DNA of 32,000 nucleotides from Geobacter sulfurreducens PCA (GCF_000007985.2 NC_002939.5:2130001-2162000); one strand, 5' to 3'; numbered from the stretch's first letter, positions 1-6,391 are shown. The notes: generated by a model not told the origin, from the sequence alone. Made by a program: numbers and translations.

Positions 1-62
1 GAGCGGGAAAGGCGGCTTCGTTTCAGGACCTCCGCACAGCGGGGTCCCCGATCAGGGATCGG

Positions 63-3000
63 TTACCAGGTCGTCAGACCAACCGCCCGGCGCAGAAGAA
101 TCAGTACATCGTTGATGTCAATCTTGCCGTTGCCGACCGGCTTGGAGGTAACCGGATCGACCGGCGCCACATCACCCATGCTCTGCACTGTCGAGGTCAA
201 CAGGGTGGGATCCGCGACCGCCTTGAGAACGATGAGCGCGTCATTGGCCGTAATCGCTCCGTCGCCATCCACATCGCCCTTGATGATCACGATGTTATTG
301 ACGGTTACGGTTACGGCGGTCGAAACCTTCGAGTTGCCGGCCGCATCATAGGCCTTGGCGGTCAGGCTGTAGACGCCGTTAGCAACGGTGGAGGTATCCC
401 AGCTGTAGCTGTAGGGAGAGGTCGTATCCGTGCTCGCGAGGACATTGTTGACGTAGAATTCGACTTTGGCAACTGCCAGGTTGTCCGTTGCGGTGGCATT
501 GACGGAGACGACACCGCTTACCGTTGCGCCGCTGGTCGGGGCCGACAGTGACACGGTCGGCGCGGTTGCATCGTTGGCGACCTTCACCGTCACGGTTGTC
601 TCGCCGATATTGCCTGCCGCATCATAGGCCTTGGCGGTCAGGGTATGGGTGCCATCACTTACGGAGGTCGTGTTGAGGCTGTAGGTAAAGGGCGAGCTCG
701 TGTCGGTGCGCTTGAGCACGTTGTCCAGGTAGAACTCGACCTTGGTCACCTTCACGTTGTCCGATGCACTGGCGCTGACGGTAATGCTTCCTTTGACGGT
801 CGCGTTATTGGCCGGAGAAGTGATCGATACGGTCGGCGCAGTGGTGTCGCCGATCTGGTTGTTCACCGTTACCGATACGGAGGTAGATTGGCCGATGTTG
901 CCGGCAGCGTCATAGGCCTTGGCAGTCAGGGTGTAGGTGCCGTTGGCCGAGGTCGTGGTGTTCCAGCTGTAGCTGTAAGGGGCGGTTGTCACCGTGGAAG
1001 CGACCGTGCCGTTCACCATGAATTCCACCTTGGTCACGCCCACGTTGTCAGAGGCTGTTGCGCTGACGGTCACCGTTCCGCTCACGGTCGCACCATTAGC
1101 CGGGGCACTCACCGCCACCGTCGGAGCAGCAGTATCGGACGGCAGATTGTAGGTTACCACCAGTTTCGGCCGCAGATTGGTATCGGACGCCTCGCTGGAA
1201 GCGAAGAGCCTGTAGCTGTCAACGGCGGCCTTGTTGGAGGAGTTGAGCAGAACACCCCTGTTGGCGGCCGGCGTCGCCAGCCAGGTCTTGACCAGATTGG
1301 TTATATTCCAGGCTTTATAACCAACGGTCTTGTCAACCAGAGGTGCATCAACCGGCGTGTCGATATCGGACTGGGCCAGGGGCACCCCGCCGTAAGCCAC
1401 ACTGCTCGCGGTCCAGGCATTGGTCCCGTCGTAGGTATTGCCAGTGCTTGAAGCGACAACCGGGTTCTTGTTGATGATGGCGGAGACCGGAATTTCGTAA
1501 GCGTCGTCACCACCGCCTTCAGTCAGGTAGAGGTAGAGCGTGGCGCTCTGGATCTCGGCATTGGCAGGCAGTGCGGAAACGTCCCACTTCATCACGACTG
1601 CGTTGGCCGGCGTGGCAGCGGGCCAGGTATAGGTGCTGAGGCTTACGCCGGTGGCGTTCACGTCGTCGTTGATATTCAGGAAGGTGTCTTCCACGGTATT
1701 CGGGAAATTGGCGCCAAAGGCATTACCGAAGATGGCCGTGTTGCTTCCCGACGGGGGAGTCGTCACATTGTTCACGCTCACGGTTACGCTGCTCGACTGC
1801 CCCACATTGCCCGCCGCGTCATAAGCCTTGGCGGTCAGGGAGTAGCTGCCGTTGACCGTGGAGGTGGTATCCCAGCTGTAGTTGTAGGGAGACGTCGTAT
1901 CCGACCCTTTGAGCACGTTGTTCACATAGAATTCGACCTTGCTCACACCGACGTTGTCCGACGCCGTGGCGGCCATACTCACCGTACCGGTCACGGTTGC
2001 ACCATTGGCGGGGGAGCTCACGGCAACGGTCGGAACCGTGGTATCGGCGACCGTATTGCTTACGGTGACCGTAACCGAGGAAGACTGACCAACGTTGCCC
2101 GCCGCGTCATAAGCCTTGGCGGTCAGGGAGTAGCTGCCGTTGGCCGTGGAGGTGGTATCCCAGCTGTAGTTGTAGGGAGACGTCGTATCCGACCCCTTGA
2201 GCACGTTGTTCACATAGAATTCGACCTTGCTCACACCGACGTTGTCCGACGCCGTGGCGGCCATGCTCACCGTACCGGTCACGGTCGCGCCATTGGCGGG
2301 GGAGCTCACGGCAACGGTCGGAACCGTGGTGTCGGCGACCGTATTGCTTACGGTGACTGCCACCGAGGAAGACTGACCAACGTTGCCCGCCGCGTCATAA
2401 GCCTTGGCCTGGAGGGTGTACGACCCGTTGGCATACGACGAGGTGTTCCAGGTTATCGAGTAGGGAGCCGAACCGTAGGTCGCGTAAAGGGAACCATTAA
2501 CATAGAGCTCCACCTTTGACACGCCCATGGCGTCGGTGGCGGAAACGTTTACCGTAACGGTTCCCGACACGGTTGAACTGCTGGTCGGAGAGGTAATGGA
2601 AGCCGTAGGAGCCGTCGTATCATTTACCACTGTCACGGAAAACGCCGTGGACTGTCCCACGTTCCCGGCGGCGTCGTACGCTTTGGCCTGGAGAGTGTGA
2701 GTGCCGGCGGAAAGCTGGGTGGTGTTCAGGCTCACACTGTACGGAGATGAGGTGTCGGTTCCTTTGAGGACGCCGTCCACATAGAGTTCAACCGATGTGA
2801 CGCCCACATTGTCAGTGGCGCTGATGGCAACGCTGGTGGTACCGGAGATGGACGAGCCCGAGGCGGGGGATGTAATCGAAACGGTGGGGGCAGTTGCTTC
2901 GGCCGCGCTTACGATATTTGAGTAGGTGCTTTCAGTGCCGGTGGCATCGTAGGCGGTGACGGCGAAATAATAGGTCTTGCTCGGGTCGAGACCGGTGAGA

Positions 3001-3206
3001 GTGGTGGAGGTCACTTTGCCGACCGTTCCGGTCCCGCTGAAGGGAGGGCCTGCCGAGTCGGCGTTGTAGTAGACCTTGTAGCCGGCAACGGTCGTTTCAG
3101 TGTTTGCATCCCACTGCAGGGTCACGTCCCGGGCCTGGCTGGCTGCCACCATGGTAAAACTGAGCAGCCAGGCAAGAATAAGAGTTGTTAGCGTGCGGGT
3201 TTTCAT
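63..3206 (-). CDS. Large secreted surface protein: signal peptide, FN3, 4 Ig-like repeats, DNRLRE/CBM-like beta-sandwich module, 3 Ig-like repeats, C-terminal dockerin-type repeat pair
   Basis: The ORF spans 63..3281. I place the start at ATG 3206, giving MKTRTLTTLILAWLLSFTMVAASQA, a typical signal peptide, with AAGGAG 7 nt upstream. Seven repeats end in the AKAYDAAGN motif. The central block runs from WDVSALPANAEIQSATLYLYL to SSEASDTNLRPKLVVTY. The tail carries GDVDGDGAITANDALIVL and GNGKIDINDVLILL, which are dockerin-like Ca-binding repeats. Confidence 0.85.
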   Translation of the reverse strand: MKTRTLTTLILAWLLSFTMVAASQARDVTLQWDANTETTVAGYKVYYNADSAGPPFSGTGTVGKVTSTTLTGLDPSKTYYFAVTAYDATGTESTYSNIVSAAEATAPTVSITSPASGSSISGTTSVAISATDNVGVTSVELYVDGVLKGTDTSSPYSVSLNTTQLSAGTHTLQAKAYDAAGNVGQSTAFSVTVVNDTTAPTASITSPTSSSTVSGTVTVNVSATDAMGVSKVELYVNGSLYATYGSAPYSITWNTSSYANGSYTLQAKAYDAAGNVGQSSSVAVTVSNTVADTTVPTVAVSSPANGATVTGTVSMAATASDNVGVSKVEFYVNNVLKGSDTTSPYNYSWDTTSTANGSYSLTAKAYDAAGNVGQSSSVTVTVSNTVADTTVPTVAVSSPANGATVTGTVSMAATASDNVGVSKVEFYVNNVLKGSDTTSPYNYSWDTTSTVNGSYSLTAKAYDAAGNVGQSSSVTVSVNNVTTPPSGSNTAIFGNAFGANFPNTVEDTFLNINDDVNATGVSLSTYTWPAATPANAVVMKWDVSALPANAEIQSATLYLYLTEGGGDDAYEIPVSAIINKNPVVASSTGNTYDGTNAWTASSVAYGGVPLAQSDIDTPVDAPLVDKTVGYKAWNITNLVKTWLATPAANRGVLLNSSNKAAVDSYRLFASSEASDTNLRPKLVVTYNLPSDTAAPTVAVSAPANGATVSGTVTVSATASDNVGVTKVEFMVNGTVASTVTTAPYSYSWNTTTSANGTYTLTAKAYDAAGNIGQSTSVSVTVNNQIGDTTAPTVSITSPANNATVKGSITVSASASDNVKVTKVEFYLDNVLKRTDTSSPFTYSLNTTSVSDGTHTLTAKAYDAAGNIGETTVTVKVANDATAPTVSLSAPTSGATVSGVVSVNATATDNLAVAKVEFYVNNVLASTDTTSPYSYSWDTSTVANGVYSLTAKAYDAAGNSKVSTAVTVTVNNIVIIKGDVDGDGAITANDALIVLKAVADPTLLTSTVQSMGDVAPVDPVTSKPVGNGKIDINDVLILLRRAVGLTTW
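1809..2384. repeat. Two near-identical 288-bp tandem units inside the surface-protein gene; a third copy begins at 2385 but diverges within a few dozen nt
   Basis: The anchor string gcccgccgcgtcataagcc occurs at 1809, 2097 and 2385, a period of 288 nt or 96 aa. Manual alignment of units 1809-2096 and 2097-2384 shows about 9 mismatches. The protein repeat is TVADTTVPTVAVSSPANGATVTGTVSMAATASDNVGVSKVEFYVNNVLKGSDTTSPYNYSWDTTST.NGSYSLTAKAYDAAGNVGQSSSVTV. Confidence 0.9.
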
Positions 3207-3279
3207 AAACGGGCTCCTTTGTACTTCTTTCGGCGTCCGCTTCTCCTTTTCCTGCCCGCGCCTTTCGAGTCGCGAGCAC

Positions 3280-3337
3280 AAAAAAGAGAAACAGCCCGCC
3301 TTAGTCTTTTGATGGACTAATGAGGAACCTGTTTCTC
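3280..3337 (-). terminator. Intrinsic terminator forming the expression platform of A-type aptamer copy 1
   Basis: On the minus-strand RNA, GAGAAACAG (3337-3329) pairs with CUGUUUCUC (3294-3286) and is followed by UUUUUU (3285-3280). The 5' arm contains the aptamer's 3' P1 strand GAAACAG, so P1 and the terminator are mutually exclusive. Confidence 0.7.
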
Positions 3338-3428
3338 GCCAACCCGGCTATCCTGAAAACCCTAGGACATTTCAGGACCCGTAGCTTTGTGTCCCCAGGT
3401 TACCCTGGGTTTACCCCTTCGGAAACAG
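3329..3428 (-). promoter_or_regulatory. GEMM-I class (c-di-GMP-I / cGAMP family) riboswitch aptamer, A-type copy 1
   Basis: The minus-strand RNA reads CUGUUUCCGAAGGGGUAAACCCAGGGUAACCUGGGGACACAAAGCUACGGGUCCUGAAAUGUCCUAGGGUUUUCAGGAUAGCCGGGUUGGCGAGAAACAG. It matches the remembered Vc2/GEMM-I pattern GGGCAAACC-[hairpin with GNRA loop]-GGGACGCAAAGCC-[P2]-AGCNGGGUU. P1 is CUGUUUC/GAAACAG. One hairpin is CCCAGG-GUAA-CCUGGG and P2 is UCCUGAAA/UUUCAGGA. Confidence 0.75.
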
Positions 3429-3482
3429 TACTGCTTGATTATTCCTTTTGTTGGTATTATCGGCCCTGTTTTGCAGAACCGT

Positions 3483-3498
3483 TGTGACTCGTATCACC
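3483..3498. promoter_or_regulatory. CRP/FNR-type palindrome TGTGA-CTCGTA-TCACC between the two aptamers (copy 1)
   Basis: It matches the TGTGA-N6-TCACA consensus at 9 of 10 positions. The same motif with the same flank (TCACCAAA) recurs at 6219..6234. In both copies its centre lies about 60 nt upstream of the 5' end of the A-type aptamer P1. Confidence 0.45.
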
Positions 3499-3570
3499 AA
3501 AACCGGCCATGTCGCAAAAAAGATTCAACCACATGATTTACCGTCTATTTTCGTTGCGGTTGGCTTCCCG

Positions 3571-3629
3571 AAAAAAAACAAAAAAAAGCCGGGGCCGTAT
3601 ACCATTTCAGGCATTTCGGCAACCCGGCT
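3571..3629 (-). terminator. Intrinsic terminator overlapping the 3' strand of B-type aptamer copy 1
   Basis: The minus RNA reads CCGGG-UU-GCCG [19-nt loop] CGGC-C-CCGG, followed by CUUUUUUUUGUUUUUUUU. The 5' arm is the conserved AGCCGGGUUGCCG strand of the aptamer. Confidence 0.65.
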
Positions 3630-3697
3630 GTCTCTGTGAGACCCTGTAGGCTTTCCGCCCCATCCTCGCGGATGGTTGAGTATTATCGTGTACCGCC
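3613..3697 (-). promoter_or_regulatory. Divergent GEMM-I-like aptamer, B-type copy 1
   Basis: The minus RNA reads GGCGGUACACGAUAAUACUCAACCAUCCGCGAGGAUGGGGCGGAAAGCCUACAGGGUCUCACAGAGACAGCCGGGUUGCCGAAAU. It has the GEMM-I layout: AACC, then a GNRA-capped hairpin (CCAUCC-GCGA-GGAUGG), GGNNGNAAAGCC, a short P2 (GUCUC/GAGAC) and AGCCGGGUUGCCG. The junction strands are non-canonical. Confidence 0.6.
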
Positions 3698-3717
3698 TAT
3701 TCAATTTTCAGCTGCTG

Positions 3718-3746
3718 TTGATACACCCCTTTGTCCCCCCTGTCAA
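3718..3746 (-). promoter_or_regulatory. Candidate sigma70-type promoter for leader cassette 1
   Basis: The minus strand reads TTGACA (3746-3741), a 17-nt spacer, then TATCAA (3723-3718), about 20 nt upstream of the B-type aptamer. The analogous TTGACT-17-TACTAA occurs in cassette 2. Confidence 0.4.
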
Positions 3747-3838
3747 CCTTTTTAACCTTGGGGGGCGCTAAAGAATTCAACAGCATATGCACCGAACGAC
3801 CTCCCGGTGCGTGCATCAGGGGGGGCGTTCACTCCTCG

Positions 3839-3859
3839 AAACCCTCATCGTGTTGAGGG
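3839..3859 (-). terminator. Weak hairpin terminator downstream of the 3870..4835 gene
   Basis: The minus RNA forms CCCUCA-ACACGA-UGAGGG followed by UUU. It lies directly after the stop codon at 3870-3872 and before the cassette-1 promoter. Confidence 0.35.
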
Positions 3860-3869
3860 CATCAGCCTG

Positions 3870-4835
3870 TTAGGGCACGACCTTGAAAATCCTGAGATTC
3901 TTCGGCGCCGACAAAACTTCCGGCGGCACCGATCCGCAGCCAATGGGCTGGGTCGATACGACTACGTTATCGATAAGCTCTCCGACGGTTGAATGGGTAC
4001 CGTCATGATGATAAAGGCTCAACCAGAGATTCCGGATTTTGAGGGACGATGTGGTTCTGATCCACAGATCCTGATAGTCACCCAGCAGCTTTGAATCCAG
4101 CCAAGTCGCCAGGCGACCGTCCGCTCCCACCCCCGTAGTGGTTGGCGTGCCCATATCGAGCATTTGCTCGACGCAGTACCACTGCCCCGCCACCAAGTTA
4201 GGAAGGGATTCTGTCGGACGATGCTGCGGTTGTTTGCAGTAATATGCCCCGCTGTCGTAGACGCAGGGCAATGAGTCGCCCCAGCAATTGCCAGACGGAT
4301 TGGAGCAGTCCTGGTACATGCCCCGGTAGTAGCTGTAGGCATAGGGCGTTGCAGGACCTTCCATGTACTGCACGAAAAAGCCGGCCCAGTCACTACCGGT
4401 TGGCCTGATGCCGGATGCTCCGACCAGATTCCGGTCTCCAGCCGCCAAACCACCGCCGTGATTACGGGCACTGAAGTTGAACCCTGGTTCATACATGAAG
4501 TACCAGCGAGCATAGAGTTTGTCATACCCGGAAGATAGGACTTTAAACAGATCGGATCCCCCGCCCTGCCCTGCAGGCACCCGCAAACGGATTGCCCGGT
4601 TCGCAGGATCACCTGCTGGTCCCGTGTTGGTCACAATAAGGTTTTCCGTGTCAGGATTGCCGTCGTAGTCGCTGAAGTTGGCCTTGGGATTAGTTCCCTC
4701 GAAATCCTCGCAAAAAACTGTTCCTGCAGGGGGATTCGAGCATTCGTTCCGCGAGATGCCTGCCGACGCCATGCCGGCGGCGAGCAACAAAAAGGCTGAA
4801 ACGAGGCAACCTGTTCTCGTGAATGAAAGTTCCAT
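3870..4835 (-). CDS. Secreted hypothetical protein, possibly a jelly-roll (ConA/LamG-like) glycan-acting fold
   Basis: The ORF spans 3870..4856. I prefer ATG 4835 (MELSFTRTGCLVSAFLLLAAGMASAG, a signal peptide) because GGAG lies 8 nt upstream. It is Cys-rich. The C-terminal strand GELIDNVVVS is typical of lectin/lyase jelly rolls. Only 14-35 nt separate it from the upstream gene, so it is likely co-transcribed. Confidence 0.7.
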   Translation of the reverse strand: MELSFTRTGCLVSAFLLLAAGMASAGISRNECSNPPAGTVFCEDFEGTNPKANFSDYDGNPDTENLIVTNTGPAGDPANRAIRLRVPAGQGGGSDLFKVLSSGYDKLYARWYFMYEPGFNFSARNHGGGLAAGDRNLVGASGIRPTGSDWAGFFVQYMEGPATPYAYSYYRGMYQDCSNPSGNCWGDSLPCVYDSGAYYCKQPQHRPTESLPNLVAGQWYCVEQMLDMGTPTTTGVGADGRLATWLDSKLLGDYQDLWIRTTSSLKIRNLWLSLYHHDGTHSTVGELIDNVVVSTQPIGCGSVPPEVLSAPKNLRIFKVVP

Positions 4836-4870
4836 GCGCTTCACTCCGGCTCCCATAGAGACTGTTCGAA

Positions 4871-5950
4871 TCAGTTAACAACCTTGAGACCACTGGGAGG
4901 CGCTATTGTTGCGGTTCCCCCACCCGAGCTGGTACCAAACGTAATCTGCTTGCTGGCGCTGGGACTACCATTGGCATCAACCACATAGAGATACGCCGTA
5001 GAGTTGGTGGGAAAACTTCCTTGGTTAACCGTAACCTGCAACTGCCCGTCAGTCCAGGTATTGGTGGGAATCTGCATTTCGCATTTAGTTGCACTGGAGA
5101 AGTTGGCATTGTCACATATCATGACACGAGAGAAGGTGTTATCAACATATATGTCGTCCATCCACGAAGTGATTGCTGGTGGAGAGTTTCCGCCAGCATC
5201 CCACCCAATCATCCAAACATAGTCAAAGTTAAACGCTGCACAATTAGCCCAAGAAGAATTGTTAGCTAAATATTTGCCATTTATTTTAAGCGAATACGTT
5301 CTGCTAGCACCATCAATCATTACTTCGTGAAAGTTCCATTGGCCAACATTGCCATTCCAATTAGCCCAGCCTTCGTTATTACAATAACCTGTATCGCTTC
5401 TATAAATATAATTGTGCATCTGGGTCCATGACATGGTTTTGTTAGACACATCAGAGCTACTGGACAATCTTATAAACTTACTGGAATGATCACCTGATAC
5501 TGGATTGGTTCCAGGCTTCCACCACCAAGAGACATAGATTTTATTAGTTCCAGCAATTCGCCGACCCTCCAGTAATCCCTGGGTTGTACTTGTGGCTCTG
5601 TAAGTCGCTGTGCTCAACCCACGCTGTTCGCTGGCCGTAGTTGAATACTTTACACAAGCGCCGCCATCCCAGGTGCATTGTGTTTCCCAAGGCTTACCTG
5701 ACCCAGTCGGGACAGTTGCCCCATTGGCAAGTCCCGAATACGCTGATTGGTTTTCCACGGTATCCCAGAACTGGGGCGCCACCGTAGTCTTTGCGCCAAA
5801 TCCGCTACCCGAGATGGTAACTACTTGGCCATTGGAGAGCGTTGAGTTACTCACCGATGTAATCGACGGGGCAGCGAGAGCGCCGAGCGGAACCAGAAGT
5901 GGAATGAGGAGTGACGGGACTAACGCCTGAAGAGTCCTCTTGGTTTTCAT
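4871..5950 (-). CDS. Secreted IPT/TIG-like + LamG/ConA-like domain hypothetical protein
   Basis: The start is ATG 5950 with GGGAGG upstream. MKTKRTLQALVPSLLIPLLVPLGALAAP is a signal peptide. SITSVSNSTLSNGQVVTISGSGFG is IPT/TIG-like. The central region WWWKPG..., WMDDIYVDN is jelly-roll-like. A second IPT-like beta domain lies near the C-terminus. Confidence 0.75.
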   Translation of the reverse strand: MKTKRTLQALVPSLLIPLLVPLGALAAPSITSVSNSTLSNGQVVTISGSGFGAKTTVAPQFWDTVENQSAYSGLANGATVPTGSGKPWETQCTWDGGACVKYSTTASEQRGLSTATYRATSTTQGLLEGRRIAGTNKIYVSWWWKPGTNPVSGDHSSKFIRLSSSSDVSNKTMSWTQMHNYIYRSDTGYCNNEGWANWNGNVGQWNFHEVMIDGASRTYSLKINGKYLANNSSWANCAAFNFDYVWMIGWDAGGNSPPAITSWMDDIYVDNTFSRVMICDNANFSSATKCEMQIPTNTWTDGQLQVTVNQGSFPTNSTAYLYVVDANGSPSASKQITFGTSSGGGTATIAPPSGLKVVN

Positions 5951-6016
5951 GTTTAACTACCTCCCTGCTACTCAATAGTTTACTCGTTTTCCCGGCGTAC
6001 ACCGAGACTTTTCCCA

Positions 6017-6070
6017 ACAAAAAACAGCCCCCCGCGGCAATGGTACGACTTGTCGACAGATGGGCTGTTT
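6017..6070 (-). terminator. Intrinsic terminator forming the expression platform of A-type aptamer copy 2
   Basis: On the minus RNA, AAACAGCCC (6070-6062) pairs with GGGCUGUUU (6030-6022), followed by a U-run. The 5' arm overlaps the aptamer 3' P1 strand. Confidence 0.65.
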
Positions 6071-6166
6071 CTTCGCCAACCCGGCCATCCTGAAATACCT
6101 AGGACGATTTCAGGACCCGTGGCTTTGTGTCACCAGGTTACCCTGGTTTTACCTCTTCGGAAACAG
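6065..6166 (-). promoter_or_regulatory. GEMM-I class riboswitch aptamer, A-type copy 2
   Basis: The minus RNA reads CUGUUUCCGAAGAGGUAAAACCAGGGUAACCUGGUGACACAAAGCCACGGGUCCUGAAAUCGUCCUAGGUAUUUCAGGAUGGCCGGGUUGGCGAAGAAACAG. The architecture is the same as 3329..3428. Two differences are compensatory: CCCAGG/CCUGGG becomes ACCAGG/CCUGGU, and GCUA/UAGC becomes GCCA/UGGC. Confidence 0.75.
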
Positions 6167-6218
6167 AGCGAATATTTTTTTATTTGTTTATACTTTCGTC
6201 CACCTGCTAAAAATTAAA

Positions 6219-6234
6219 TGTGATTCGTGTCACC
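6219..6234. promoter_or_regulatory. CRP/FNR-type palindrome TGTGA-TTCGTG-TCACC (copy 2)
   Basis: The half-sites and the 3' flank match 3483..3498 while the spacer bases differ. It occupies the same position relative to the A-type aptamer. Confidence 0.45.
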
Positions 6235-6258
6235 AAAGCCCCATTTGACCTATCAGAC

Positions 6259-6310
6259 AAAAAAAATGCCGGGAGCCGCTACCCATGAACTGGTATTTCG
6301 GCAACCCGGC
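6259..6310 (-). terminator. Intrinsic terminator overlapping B-type aptamer copy 2
   Basis: The minus RNA reads GCCGGG-UU-GCCG [loop] CGGC-U-CCCGGC followed by AUUUUUUUU. Confidence 0.65.
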
Positions 6311-6379
6311 TGTCTCGTGGAGACCCTATAGGCTTTCCGCCCCATTCTCGCGAATGGTTTAGTATTATCGTCTACCGCC
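6295..6379 (-). promoter_or_regulatory. Divergent GEMM-I-like aptamer, B-type copy 2
   Basis: The minus RNA reads GGCGGUAGACGAUAAUACUAAACCAUUCGCGAGAAUGGGGCGGAAAGCCUAUAGGGUCUCCACGAGACAGCCGGGUUGCCGAAAU. Relative to copy 1, the hairpin changes from CCAUCC/GGAUGG to CCAUUC/GAAUGG, which is compensatory. Confidence 0.6.
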
Positions 6380-6391
6380 TGCTTTGTGCTT

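Noticed and set aside
1-62. A possible hairpin, CCGAUC-CCU-GAUCGG, lies downstream of the surface-protein stop codon.
   Set aside because: It has only a 6-bp stem and a 3-nt loop, and no U-tract follows it. It sits at the window edge, so the context is missing.
1809-2384. The regular 288-bp repeats could look superficially like a repeat array or CRISPR.
   Set aside because: The period is far too long and there are no unique spacers. The repeats are in frame within a coding sequence and encode Ig-like domains.
3207-3281. The track ORF 63..3281 has an N-terminal extension (MCSRLERRGQEKEKRTPKEVQRSPF).
   Set aside because: The extension would run through the riboswitch terminator and 5' UTR. 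The signal peptide starts at the internal Met at 3206, which has a strong AAGGAG RBS.
3448-3639. Small plus-strand ORFs cross the leader cassettes: 3100..3312, 3448..3639, 5911..6093 and 6060..6248.
   Set aside because: They overlap structured-RNA elements and terminators on the other strand. They have no RBS, and they are not conserved as protein between the two cassette copies.
3799-3820. An inverted repeat, GCACCG-N10-CGGTGC, lies between the 3870 gene and the cassette-1 promoter.
   Set aside because: The arms are short, there is no U-tract, and it is not repeated in cassette 2. It is probably fortuitous.
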